Both the position numbers and the translations under genes were made by a program. A model generated the notes under the pieces. The model ran no database searches. It was not told where the DNA came from and saw only the letters and a program-made list of their open reading frames with translations. DNA of 63,819 bases, filler included, from Octopus bimaculoides (taxonomy: Eukaryota), in assembly GCF_001194135.2 (NCBI RefSeq). It is 11 parts of 10 records of this genome, joined end to end, with 100 filler letters (N's around TTAATTAATTAA, not from the genome) between each part and the next. Parts side by side here need not be neighbours in the genome. Positions count along the whole stretch, not along the records: positions 38,151 to 41,123 come from NC_068983.1; positions 41,224 to 44,684 come from NC_069008.1; positions 44,785 to 47,647 come from NC_068987.1; positions 47,748 to 58,416 come from NC_068982.1; 7 more parts are not named here. The stretch is one strand, 5' to 3'. Position 1 is the first letter of the stretch. Every line of letters begins with the position of its first letter. This document shows positions 38,218 through 51,329 of the stretch, piece by piece.

Positions 38218-38530
38218 GAGCACCCATCGGTTACAACGACGACTGTCCCAGCTGGTACGATCAACGGAACAGCTTGCTCATGAAATTAACGTGCAAGTAG
38301 CTGAGCACTTCTCAGACACGTGTATCCTTAACGTAGTTCTCAGGGAGTTTCAGCGTGACACAGAGTGTGACAAGGCTGACCCCTTTTAATTACAGGTACA
38401 AATCATTTTTGCCAGCTGAGTGGACTGGAGCAATGTGAAATAAAGTGTCTTGCTCACGGACACAACGCGCCGCCGAGAAATGAACTCACGAAATTACGAA
38501 CATGAGCCGAATGCACTAACCACTAAGCTG
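38215..38530 (-). mobile_element. tRNA-derived SINE family D (different head/body, same tail as family C)
   Basis: Head gtggtcagcttagtggttagtgc..., body gagcaagacactttatttcacattgctccagtccactcagctgg, then tail gggtcagccttgtcac...ctgttccgttgatcg shared with 13845-13975. Confidence 0.75.
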
Positions 38531-38990
38531 ACCACTCTTATTCTATTAAACGTTTCAGTCATTTGATTGCGGACATGCTGGAACATAACCTTAAAGCATT
38601 TTAGTTCAAGAAAAGGACCTCAGGACTTATGTTTTGTAAGCCTATTACTTTTTCTATCGGAGTTTTGGTCGAACGGGGGCATAAAAAAACCAACATCGGC
38701 TGCCAACATAAAAAAAACGATGGTGCAGGGACAAACACAGATACAGAGTCACACACACACACACACACACTAATATATATACACGCGCACACACACACAT
38801 ATATGTATATATGTGTATGTATGTATTTATATGTGTGTGTGTGTGTGTGTATCTCTCTCTCTCTCTCTCTCTCTCTCNNNNNNNNNNTATAAATAATATC
38901 AGGGTAATATTTTAGTTTTTAAATTGTTACTACCATTGGGCTAGCGTGTAGAAATATTAATCAATAGACTATTTATTATTCATATAAATA

Positions 38991-39468
38991 CAGTGCACAT
39001 TTAAACACATAAGAGGTATCCGTCATAGGATTTCTGGCACGCAAAAAGAATAGCCAATATCCAAACCACTATTAGGGATAAATTTCGAAGGGAATGAAAA
39101 ATAAAAATATTTACCATCTATCTCCTGGACCATGGTTTCTGACTTTTTTTTAGCAAATAAAATAACTTGCTAGGCGAAGTCTTCATCAACAGGTACGCCT
39201 AGATTAAACATATAAATCCGAAGCAATCCAGCATGTGCCCCGTGCTTATACATTATAATTTTTCAAATCCACCGCGCAAGCGCAGTTTTTTGTCCGCAGC
39301 AAGTAAAATAATGCTAGCGTTACTTAGAAAATTTTCCAGAAAAAAATTATCAATAATTAACAATATCAGGGTAATAAAAATTATCCTAATAGTGGTTTAG
39401 GTTTTGGCTACTCCTAGCGTGCCAGGAATCTTATGACGGGTACCTCTTATGTGTTTAAATGTACATTG
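38991..39468. mobile_element. Tc1/mariner-type MITE, 478 bp
   Basis: TA-flanked; about 95-bp imperfect TIRs starting cagtgcacatttaaacacataagagg / cctcttatgtgtttaaatgtacattg. Confidence 0.9.
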
Positions 39469-40543
39469 TATATATNNNNNNNNNNNNNNNNNNNNNNNNN
39501 NNNNNNNNNNNNNNNNNNNNNNNNNNNNNNNNNNNATATATATATATATATATATATATACATACATAGATACATACATATATACACATATATACACACA
39601 TACACACGTACAAAGATAGATAATCATGTGTGTATTGGTGGAAGCTCTAACCAAAAAACTTTTCTCAAAGATTTTCGTTTCAAATTTTGAAAATTTATAC
39701 CAACAGAATAAAAAAAAAACATATAAACTACATACAATGAAAATGCTACCATAATGAAACAAAGCGTTAAAAAAAATACACCAAGAAAAATTGTTTGATG
39801 ACTTTATTCTAAATGTGAGAGCAAATACTACCAAATACTTAACTATTTCCTTTTTCTATTTTCCGACAATTTATAGACATCATGATATATTTAACAACTG
39901 TTGTATTATTTGTACTTATTCATGTTGTAAATGTTTTGCGTTCTAAGTCAAAGACTTGCGTTCTAAGTCTTATACCCAATTAACTGTGAACAAAATCAAG
40001 CCATGTTCCTATAGGAATGCCCATTATTATCATTGCAAACTTTCCATAAAAGATTTCAATGCGTTTATCTGACTACATTTTGAATTTGAAACTATCTAGA
40101 CCCATTGAATGGCTACTTTCGTTGGAATCTTTGTTATAAATTACTTTAACTGTGAATATTTATCCGATTTCATAGCATTTTCGCGTTCCCTTATTTATAT
40201 ATTTACTGTTTATTTACATCTTTGTGTTTCTCACAAATTTTCATTTTTGTTATTCATATATGCGTGTATGTGTATGCAAAGTCTTACGTTTCTATTCTCT
40301 AATTGGCAAAAAAACAACTCCGTAGTTTTTCACATATTTTACATAAAACAGCAATACTGTCAACGAAAGAAACATACTTTTTCGTTAAATTTTTAGATAT
40401 GATTTTAAATATTTGATCTTCTTTACTGTGTGCTTTTGATATCACAAGTTTAAGTTCAATAATTCATAAGTGGCGGCGAATCGGAACGGAGAAGCACATA
40501 CAAAATATTTAAAGGTTTTCAATTTTCAATAAAATGCACGGGC

Positions 40544-40609
<66 letters not shown>

Positions 40610-40740
40610 CATATATATAAAACAAACCTTTTAGTTTTGAATAATCCATTTTTTTCCCTCTTAACCATTATTCATACACGTTTACATATACAAGTACATA
40701 TATACACATATATACACGCAGACAAACCGAGACATATGTT

Positions 40741-40788
<48 letters not shown>

Positions 40789-43160
40789 TGTGTGTGCGTA
40801 TGTGTGTGTGTGTTTGTGTGTGAGTGTGTATAACAAACGAAGGAAAAGTGATTCCTTCAAAGGGTTGTTAGATTGTCAATTGTATTTCTCTATTTAATTT
40901 ATTATTTGTAATACACACACACATACAGACACAAACACGCGCACACACACAGACACACACACACACACACACGCACACACACATATATATATATTGCAGA
41001 GTATATCAATGTCATCTACACTTCAATCAATTACTCTCTCTCTCTCTCTCTCTCTCTCTTTCACAAACACACACACACACGCACGCGCACACACACACGT
41101 TCTTCAGCACAATGTATATATATNNNNNNNNNNNNNNNNNNNNNNNNNNNNNNNNNNNNNNNNNNNNTTAATTAATTAANNNNNNNNNNNNNNNNNNNNN
41201 NNNNNNNNNNNNNNNNNNNNNNNATATATACACACACAGATATATTGGGAAAAAATGAATAGAAATGGTTTTTCTGATAATTTTTCATCTTTAATAATCA
41301 GACGTTTATAAGTTGAGAAGAAGGGTGACTCTAATAGGAATTTCTCTCTTGAAAACGGTTTTCAAACTGACATTTCAGAGTTTGTTAATCACTGTTTAAA
41401 TAGGGAATGTTTAAACAAACACACATACATATATATATATATGTGTGTGTATGTATGTGTGTGTGTATGTATGTTATTCATTGACATTTTATGCTTCTAT
41501 ACACAATATATATAAATATGCCACCCCACCTCACATTCACACTCACACACAGAAGAATTCGTTCAATGAATAAAAGTGCTGAAATGTAATCCTGAGTTTA
41601 CATTCCACTCCTAACCCGTTGTCATGACAACACTATGGGCTAAACCATTTACTCACCTCTTTGACATGCATCAATGAATGTGGGCAGGTGAAACTACACA
41701 GCATACAATAGAAGCCCCTACACAACACACACACACACACACACACACGCATGCACGTAGACAGACAGAGACACACACACACACAGAGACACACACACAC
41801 ACAGTGGTTGAGTTATTTGCTGAATGTAACCTTGTTTAAGAGATTTGCTTCACACATAAAGGATCCTGATGTGCATTTCCAAGACCTAGAACCTTAAACA
41901 AATCTGTCCTAATATTCATAGGCATAGTGCTGACATAATCTTTTGAGCTAAATAAAAAGAACATCGACAGGCTTAGTCAACTAGTTAATCTCTAGTTAGG
42001 GATTAGCTGTGAGATTAAACAGATTGCTTCACACCGATGGGGATTTAGTGAGCCTTTCCATGTCCCAGAACCTTTGCGTTTTACTCTTTGTATGCAAGGT
42101 GTTCACCGGTGGAGACGCAATGGCCCAGTGGTTAGGGCAGCAGACTCGCGGTCATAGGATCGTGGTTTCGATTCCCAGACCGGGCGTTGTGAGTGTAAAT
42201 TGAGCGAAAACACCTAAAGCCCCACGAGGCTCCGGCAGGGGATGGTGGCGAACCCTGCTGTACTCTTTCACCACAACTTTCTCTCACTCTTACTTCCTGT
42301 TTCTATTGTGCCTGTAATTGGGCCTCCATCCAGGCCTTTTGTGATACCCTTAAAGCCACCATCTCATACAGCACCCAGTACACTTTGTAAAGTGGTTGGC
42401 ATTAGAAAGGGCATCCAGCCATGACAAACCAAGCCAAAACAGACAATCGGAGACTGGTGCAGCTCTCCAGTTTGTCAGCTGCTGTCAAACTGTCCAACCC
42501 ATGCCAGAACGGACAAAAAACGTTCACTGATCATCATCATCATCTTACCTGACACCAGTAGTTCGTTTGCATAGGTGTGTACGTAGCTTAATGTTGGAGG
42601 AATGAGAAAGGATTGCCCAGAACATGTCGCCGTGACAACAGCTTCTTTATTATTGAAACGGAAATACGAAGGTTCGTCTCGTGACTGAAAAACACATTTT
42701 CGTCTAAGTTTACTCAGAGATTCCATTCACCCCCCCCCCTCCGCCCTAAGTGTCACTTCAATAATTGTGGGTTTTTTCTCTAAATTATATATTTATATAT
42801 TATATATTGGCCCAGGGCTATAGTAGAAGACACTTGCCCAAGGTGCCATGCAGTGGGACTGAACCCAGAACCATGCGGTTGGGAAGCAAGCTTCTTACCA
42901 CACAGTCGCACATACATAAAAATAGCTGAAAATTGATTTTTATCATCAACTGCATAAAGGATTCAATACCTAAGAAAAGTGGAATATTTTTTTAATAATT
43001 TTATCGACTGAAACTTTGGATTTCCACCAGGTGTATAGACATATATGTTTAAACAATATATACTCATTGCATTTATAATTTAATTTATGTATATATATGC
43101 AGGAGTTAATTTGTTATATCTACGTTAATGTATGTATATATATGCATTATGCATGTGTGA

Positions 43161-43208
<48 letters not shown>

Positions 43209-43482
43209 ATTTACATATTTATGTCTGTTTTTGAATATACTTGTGTACATATGTATGCAAATGTATGCCTGTATATGTGTGTCATCATCATCATTGTTTA
43301 ACATCTGTTTTCCATGCTGGTATGGGTTGGACGGTTTGACCAAGGCGGGTAAGCTGGAGGGCTGCAAACAAACTAAAATACCCTGTTGTTGATGTTGAAA
43401 TTCCAACGAAGGAACCTTGGATCTGGGTTAGAAACCAGCTCTTTCTCTATTGGCAAGAAATCTTGAAATAAAACTGAACATA

Positions 43483-43863
43483 GGCGCAGGAGTGGCTGTG
43501 TGGTAAGTAGCTTGCTTACCAACCACATGGTTCTGGGTTCAGTCCCACTGAGTGACACCCTGCGCAAGTGTCTTCTACTATAGCCTCAGGCCGACAAAAG
43601 CCTTGTGAGTGGATTTGGTAGATGGAAACTGAAAGAAGTCTGTCGTATATATGTATATATATATGTGTTTGTGTTTGTTTCCCCCAAAATCGCTTGACAA
43701 CCGATGCTGGTGTGTTTACGTCCCCGTCACCTAGCAGTTTGGCAAAAGACACCGATACAATAAGTACTAGGCTTCCAAAGAATAAGTCTTGGGGTTGATT
43801 TGCTCGACTAAAGGCGGTGCTCCAGCATGGCCACAGTCAAATGACTGAAACAAGTAAAAGAGA
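43483..43863 (+). mobile_element. tRNA-derived SINE family B, full length (head + CORE-like body + microsatellite + tail)
   Basis: ggcgcaggagtggctgtgtggtaag head, gcaagtgtcttctactatagcc body, tail ending atgactgaaacaagtaaaagag. Second full copy at 45684-46090; heads at 1640, 16860-17015, 31825, 42810, 47870 and 60720; tails at 3135, 5460, 7540, 9290, 16635, 21360, 38550 and 58770. Confidence 0.88.
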
Positions 43864-44449
43864 TATACATACCCTCATACACACACATACATACATACCT
43901 GTAGGAATACCTAATCCATTGACCTAAATAAATTTGTTTCTAGGTATTATGAAAGGTTATCTTTCTTCAATAGCCTTTTAGGAAAAGATTTAGCACAAAT
44001 CTATTTATCTACCTGTCTGTCTGTCTACCTGCGTGCCTATCTCTCTCTCTCTCTTTTTGTATATATATATATATATATATAGTGTAGGTATCAGTTAGAG
44101 GGGTTTAATACCTCTAAGGGATAATTAAATCCAGAGTCGCTCCTGGCTATTACCTGGGAAGGTACAGTCTTTTGTAAGGTTGTACGCTAGCAGGTGGTTC
44201 GTTTGGTAAACCAAAGTTTAGGTTATATAGGAGAAGAAAATGGATATAATAACAATGGGAATGTTATTATAAGCATTTTCTTCTCCTACATATATATATA
44301 TTTATATATATATACACATACATAAGGCACTACAATTTAAGTACCTAATTCAACTGAATCTTAATTATATATATATATATACATACACACACACACACAC
44401 GCACACACACACACATACACATGCACACACACACAAACATAACAAGTAA

Positions 44450-44684
44450 TGTTATGAATCAGAAGTACTTGACACGATTTTTCAAGTAAAGTAGTTTATT
44501 TACTCAAATGCCCAGTGTCTTCCTACACTTGACCGATGCTTACAAAGTCCACCCTATGCCCGATCCATGATCCATTCCTTCCGATTGACCAAGCCTGGTA
44601 TGCAGCAAAACTTATATGTGACCATCAAATTCATTATGACTTAAAAAACCATGTACTTTAGATCCTGTGTTGAGTTCTTTCTCA
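44450..44684 (-). mobile_element. LTR 3' end fragment
   Basis: Minus strand ends aataaa...tcataaca; the remainder is lost in a gap. Confidence 0.4.
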
Positions 44685-45189
44685 NNNNNNNNNNNNNNNN
44701 NNNNNNNNNNNNNNNNNNNNNNNNNNNNTTAATTAATTAANNNNNNNNNNNNNNNNNNNNNNNNNNNNNNNNNNNNNNNNNNNNTGGATGGGATGGATGG
44801 GATGGATGGATGGATGGATGGATGGTGATGCTGGTAGTCATAGTGCCGGTGGTGATAACTATTGATGATGGAGGTGGCGATGGTGGGGATGGTGATAGGC
44901 GCGCGGGTGTTGATGATCGCGGGGGACTGCCGTTGGTGATCGTGGAGATAGTGACGGTAGACATATTGGTCATGTCGATGATGATGATGATGATACTTAT
45001 GATGGAGTGGCGATGATGATAGTGTTGTTGTTGTTATTGTTGCTGTTGTCCAGCCTCTTTCAACAATAAGGTCCCAAAAGGTCTCCTCCAAACATAATCG
45101 ATTGTGATTTGAGGGTGATTTGGTTGCCATTTTTAATAGGCGCAGAAATAAGGTTAAGGCTCTTCCATGCGCTCCTGATGTTCTTACAA

Positions 45190-45660
45190 TTGCAGTATTT
45201 AGCCCCAGGTCAAACCTGATCGAGCATACCAATGATCAAAGGGGTTCCAGTCGTGACCACCTTGTCTTATTATATCAGACGCTACATGGTTTCAATCTAA
45301 CGTTTGCAGTGGAGTCGTTTAGCCCCAGGTCAAACCTGACAGAGCTTACCGACGATTAAAGGGGTTCCAGTCGTGACCACCTTGTCTTATTATATCAGAC
45401 GCTACATGGTTTCAATCTAACGCTTGCAGTGGAGTCGTTTAGCCCAGGTCAAACCTGACTAAGCTTATCAATGATCACAGATGCTCCAGTCGTGGCAACT
45501 ATCAAGTTCCAATTGTCCAATATACCTTTTATTTAACAAAGTTGTAGCGTTTGTGATAGTGTTATTTAGCCCCAGGTCAAACCAGATCGGGACTACTAAT
45601 AATTAATGGTGTTCCAACCGTGACTATCTCGTCTTTTCGTATATCTGAATTCCATATTGT
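45190..45660 (+). repeat. Tandem array (period 120, 120, 127 bp) of the dispersed ttagccccaggtc repeat
   Basis: Motif starts at 45199, 45319, 45439 and 45566; single copies at about 18530-18760, 33720-33915, 35150-35350, 46110-46270, 47010-47220 and 57790-57960. Confidence 0.85.
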
Positions 45661-47327
45661 CCAGAATATCTTTTAAGAAAGTTGGCATAGGAGTAGCTGT
45701 GTGGTAAGTAGCTTGTTTACGAACCACAAGGTTCCGGGTTCAGTCCCACTGCGTGACACCTTGGGCAATTGTCTTCTACTATAGCCTCGGGCCGACCAAA
45801 TCCTTGTGAGTGGATTTGGTAGACGGAAACTGAAAGAAGCCCATCGTATATATGCATATATATATGTGTGTGTGTATGTGTTTGCGTGTCTGTGTTTGTC
45901 CCCCCCCAACATCGCTTGACAACCGATGGTGGAGTGTTTACGTCCCTGTAATTTAGCGGTTCGGCAAGAGAGACCGATAGAATAAGTACTAGGCCTACAA
46001 AGAATAAGTCCTGGAATCGATTTGCTCGACTAAAGGCGGTGCTCCAGCATGGCTGCAGTCAAATAACTGAAACAAGTAAAAGAGTAAAAGAACATCTGTG
46101 GTGGCGTGGCTGCTGTTGTTTAGCCCTAGGTCAGAGCTAATCAAGAATGATGATCATAGATGTTCCAACCGTGACCATCCCATCTATTATACATGTGCAA
46201 GGAACCTAAGGCCACATTATTTATGTTTTAAAATGCTGAAGTGTAATGTGAGGGAAATTCGCATTTATTTCTAGCAACCAAGTGTCCACCTAGAGGCAGG
46301 CTCCCTTTGCGTCGCTGGAAGTTTTGGTGAAGCAGTGTAGGTGGCGCTGATGGCACAGGAAATCCACCACCACCACCACCGTAACCACCGCCGCCACCGC
46401 CACCACTTATCCACCACTACCACCATTACCAGCACTAGCACTGCCTCCACGACATGGCGATAACCGTCGTTACCATCATCATCTTCACCACCACCTGCAC
46501 CACCAACACCACCATCACCACGACCACTACCATCACGACCACTACCACCACGACCATGACCACCACCATCATCATGATCACTACCACCACCACCACCACC
46601 ACTACCATCACCACCACCACCATCACCACCACTACCATCACCACCACTACCACAACCACTACCACAACCACTACCACCNNNNNNNNNNNNNNNNNNNNNN
46701 NNNNNNNNNNNNNNNNNNNNNNNNNNNNNNNNNNNNNNNNNNNNNNNNNNNNNNNNNNNNNNNNNNNNNNNNNNNNNNNNNNNCACCACCACTACCATCA
46801 CCACCACCACCATCACAACCACTGCCACCACCACCACCACATCGCCATTAATTTATCTTGAGAGGATGGTGTCCGGTTCCTACATCAGATTGAAAGCCAG
46901 GCGAGAGTGAATTAAGGAAGATTTAGCTCCCTTGTTTTAACGCCTATAACAATCACATCCCGCAACGGCTCCCTCCATTGGTCCTATATCCTTCATATTA
47001 GATATAGGTGGCGGTTATTTAACCCCAGGACGGTTTCCTTTCCACTGACCTCAAATGAAAGGCTATGATCAAAGGTGTTTAAGCTGTGATCAGTTCATCG
47101 CAATGAATTTTTGTCACCAGAAATAGTGTACCTTGGACTACATTGTCCAGTGTGTCGAGTCGTATGTGAAGCCACTAACTTGTAGTTTGAGAGAAAGAGA
47201 GTTAACTATTGTTTCTAGCATTTGGAAAGACTATGTACAACCTTCTACATTGCCCGATGGTATTGTGTCGGGCAATGGTGGTAGAAGTAGTAGCAACAGC
47301 AGCAGCAGTAGTAGTAGTAGCAATAGC

Positions 47328-47359
<32 letters not shown>

Positions 47360-47752
47360 TGGTGGTGGTGGTGGTGGTGGTGGTTATTATCGTCGCAGTT
47401 GTTTAACCATGGTGCATTCTGGAGCAAGCAGATATTCTGATCAAATGTTTGCCATCCGTGACTATCTCTCTCAATTTTTTCAGGAATAATATATCTAGGA
47501 CTACACGATTCAATGTAACCTTCGTTATGGTGTAATTAATGGAAAATTTGACTGCTATTTCTAACTCCATCGTACTTTCTAACGGCTATGGAGGTGGTGA
47601 TTGTACAGGTGGATATGGTTGTGGTGGTACTGATCGGGGTACTGCTGNNNNNNNNNNNNNNNNNNNNNNNNNNNNNNNNNNNNNNNNNNNNTTAATTAAT
47701 TAANNNNNNNNNNNNNNNNNNNNNNNNNNNNNNNNNNNNNNNNNNNNATATA

Positions 47753-47784
<32 letters not shown>

Positions 47785-48099
47785 AATATATAAATGTGTG
47801 TGTATATGTATATATGTATATATGTCTGTCTGTAAGAATGTATTATGTATGTATACATGTGTACAGATATGGCGCAGGTGTGACTGTGTGGTAAGAAGTT
47901 AGATTCCCAACCGCATAGTTCCAGGTGCAGTCCCACCAGTGTGTGACACCTTGGGCAAGTGTCTTCTACTATAGCTCCCGGCCGATCAAATGCTTGTAAG
48001 TGGATTTGGAGGGCAGAAAGGGAATGAAGCCCGTCATGTGTTGACGTCTGGCCAGAAGGAGCCCATGGTATATAGATGATGCCCTTGCTCTCGAAAAGG

Positions 48100-48725
48100 G
48101 GGAACATCATGAGCTTCCTGGTGACTTGCTTTACCTGACCTTCTTGGGTTTGGGAGAGTCAAGATGCTGCCATTGAGTATTCTGTTTCTTGGTCTTTGGA
48201 TCATAATGGTAGATCCAGCTTTCGTCACAGGTCACCATAGACTCAAGTACACTTTGGATGAAGGTAAAGAGCTCAACCATCTCCCTACTCTCATTAACGC
48301 GTCTTTCCTTCTGTTCGTCACTGAGTACTCTGAGAATAAATTTTAAACAAATTTTGTACATGTTTACATCTTCATGAATGGTTCTGTGTACAGCTGCCAT
48401 TTCGTCAACCAGCTCTGATGTTCTGACGTCCCTCTCCTTTCTACACTTCTCATCGTCTCTCATCTCCTCTCTGCCGTCCTTAAACATCTTGTGCTAGCGA
48501 AAATAGATGCTCGGCACATACAAGTTAATCCACAAGCAGTATGGTATTTCGTAAGTTTCTGTAGCGCTTTTTTGCCCAGTTTAACACAGATCTTTATTGC
48601 ATAGCGAGCTTCGAAATTGTCTTCACGTCCCGACCGCATTCTTCAAACTAGTCAGCTGCGACAAGCTATAACTTCCTCTCCTAAAAAACAAAGTCTCAAA
48701 CCTTCTGGAATGAATGCACCTAGTA
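48100..48725 (-). mobile_element. Mariner 5' fragment (pseudogene)
   Basis: MFKDGREEMRDD...RVLSDEQKERRV...VTCDESWIYHYDPKTKKQNTQW; the ATG reads from cat at 48485-48487, so it is on the minus strand. Confidence 0.85.
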
Positions 48726-49320
48726 AGTTACCTCCAACTGAGAACTTACTTGACAGATAAGATAAGCACAGAAAAGATAATTAAGAGTAGCAGTTAACTC
48801 TTCTCGAGGTTGGATAAATATTTCATTTCAAGACCATCATAATGAAATTTTTCGCAGATGCACTTTATTTCATTCATGCTGGTAGAAATAGCCTGAATTA
48901 AATTCTGTGTGAAGGTGAAAAGTTCAGTTAGTGTCAGCTAAATATCCTTTCCTAATGTATCTGCTAAACGTAATAATGTTATCTTTGGGCCCGACAAGAC
49001 CAGCTTATGGCTAGGCTATAGCAGAAAACCTTACTGTGTATAAAAAGCAAGCACTACTGCTGAGCATGAAGCAAGAAGTAATGACATTGAAAATATCATA
49101 CATGATTACAGTAATAAAACTTCACATATAGGGCCCGGGATGATTTTTTTTTTTTTATTTTTTTTTTTTTTTAGATTTCTTTTCTTTTTGGTAGGGAGTG
49201 CCTTATAGGCTATGAAATATAGTAGTATGGCACTACCACGTAGAAGCTGCAGAATCGCAAAGAGAATTCGGAAGCGACGAAGATGTGGCTAGCATGGGTC
49301 ATCTTTGGTGGTTGTAGTAA

Positions 49321-49625
49321 TGTTATATTTGCAACCATCTCTTATATGTAAGACTATCCGGACAACGTCTTCATACTGTACGTATAAGACTATCCGGACA
49401 ACAACTTCATACTGTACGTAATTTATCTTGTCTGTGATATCATTGGTATGCTAATGATATGACATTGCATCAGTTTAACATACTTGCACGTGGCGAAGGC
49501 TATTTAAGATGGCTACCAGTTCGATGTCATAAACGGCAGTGTAAGATTACGCTTGGATAACTTTGGCGGACTTCGATACTCAGTAATTACAGACGTGTGT
49601 AATTTTAACTAACTTAATTGCTGTT
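49321..49625 (+). mobile_element. LTR-like fragment with 34-bp internal duplication
   Basis: Starts tgttatatttgc; taagactatccggacaac..cttcatactgtacgta occurs twice; TATA-like ctatttaag near 49500. Confidence 0.35.
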
Positions 49626-49691
49626 GTGGAATTAGATCATTATCGTAAGCATAACAATGTATATGTGTATATATATATACATATATACTCG

Positions 49692-49745
<54 letters not shown>

Positions 49746-50365
49746 TGTGTATGTGTGTGTGTGTGTGTGCACATGTATGCACCTGTATATATATATATAT
49801 ATANNNNNNNNNNNNNNNNNNNNNNNNNNNNNNNNNNNNNNNNNNNNNNNNNNNNNNNNNNNNNNNNNNNNNNNNNNNNNNNNNNNNNNNNNNNNNNNNN
49901 NNNNNNNNNNNNNNNNNNNNNNNNNNNNNNNNNNNNNNNNNNNNNNNNNNNNNNNNNNNNNNNNNNNNNNNNNNNNNNNNNNNNNNNNNNNNNNNNNNNN
50001 NNNNNNNNNNNNNNNNNNNNNNNNNNNNNNNNNNNNNNNNNNNNNNNNNNNNNNNNNNNNNNNNNNNNNNNNNNNNNNNNNNNNNNNNNNNNNNNNNNNN
50101 NNNNNNNNNNNNNNNNNNNNNNNNNNNNNNNNNNNNNNNNNNNNNNNNNNNNNNNNNNNNNNNNNNNNNNNNNNNNNNNNNNNNNNNNNNNNNNNNNNNN
50201 NNNNNNNNNNNNNNNNNNNNNNNNNNNNNNNNNNNNNNNNNNNNNNNNNNNNNNNNNNNNNNNNNNNNNNNNNNNNNNNNNNNNNNNNNNNNNNNNNNNN
50301 NNNNNNNNNNNNNNNNNNNNNNNNNNNNNNNNNNNNNNNNNNNNNNNNNNNNNNNNNNNNNNNNN

Positions 50366-50939
50366 GGGCTGGCACATGACGTAGCGGAAGTACAGGATTT
50401 TGGCGTTTCTCTTATCTCTTGACGTAAGGATAAAATAGTCTTCCAGGTGGGGGCACGGGTACTGAGACTCCTAGCTCCCAACCTGAGTGACCTCTGCCTC
50501 ACCTACAGCCGTTGCAGACTCCTCAACAGGCCCTTCATCCTCAAGCCGAACAAAAACATCTTCACGTTCCACAACGATAAGCGATAACTTGATAAGCCGA
50601 TAACGTACACTGCTGTAGCTGACATTGTAAAACTGTTTGTAATGTGACAACGTCGTAAGTGAACACAACTCAAAACTGCAGAATTACACAATGCTGCTCA
50701 GCTAGCTGCTGCTGCTGCATCGACCAATCACGTCGTGTCACGTGTACACGTAGTCAGCCAATAGTGGACTCTTCGTGACACGCCCACAACAGACAGGAAC
50801 AAACGTATAAATATTGTTGGCGGACTTAAAGTTAGTGGAACTAAATTTAGCGGAAGTTAATTGATCTGTTAACGAAAACGCTAATCCGCTAAACGAAAAG
50901 TTATCTGTTAGCGGATTAGCGCAACCGTGCCCACCACTA
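50366..50939 (-). mobile_element. hAT transposon 5' end with BED-finger-like N-terminus
   Basis: Terminus tagtggtgggcac; subterminal 14-bp IR; translation YPCPHLEDYFILTSRDKRNAKILYFRYVMCQP resembles a degenerate BED finger; continues into a gap. Confidence 0.6.
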
Positions 50940-51329
50940 CTTATAATTAATTATAGTATGCATAAACTCTGACAGAACTAAGTTCGTCTGACTAACTTGC
51001 ATAACTTTGTTGACGTTGGCAATTGAATTAATTCATTAATTAATTAGTAGACGCACTGCTTGGTGATAAATATTGTAAGAAAACTTAATGTGAATGCTTT
51101 TGTTTTAATTAAACAAACATCTTAAGTCCCTCGGTGAAATTAGAACCCATAGATAAATCACGTTCTTTCTTTTTTTCTGAGAGTGAATGTTATCAGATAA
51201 ATTATCCTTTGTTCTCTCAGTTGATGAGTCATTGTAGGTTGATGGTTGGGAAATTGCCAGGTGAGGTAAAGTGGCAACCCACAGTATCCAGAAAGTTCGA
51301 TATGTTATTGTGGACATCGAGATGATGTT

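Noticed and set aside
49609-50502. Long ORFs spanning N runs (also near 9659, 31278, 59631, 61367)
   Set aside because: Artefacts of translating gaps and TA/CA microsatellites.
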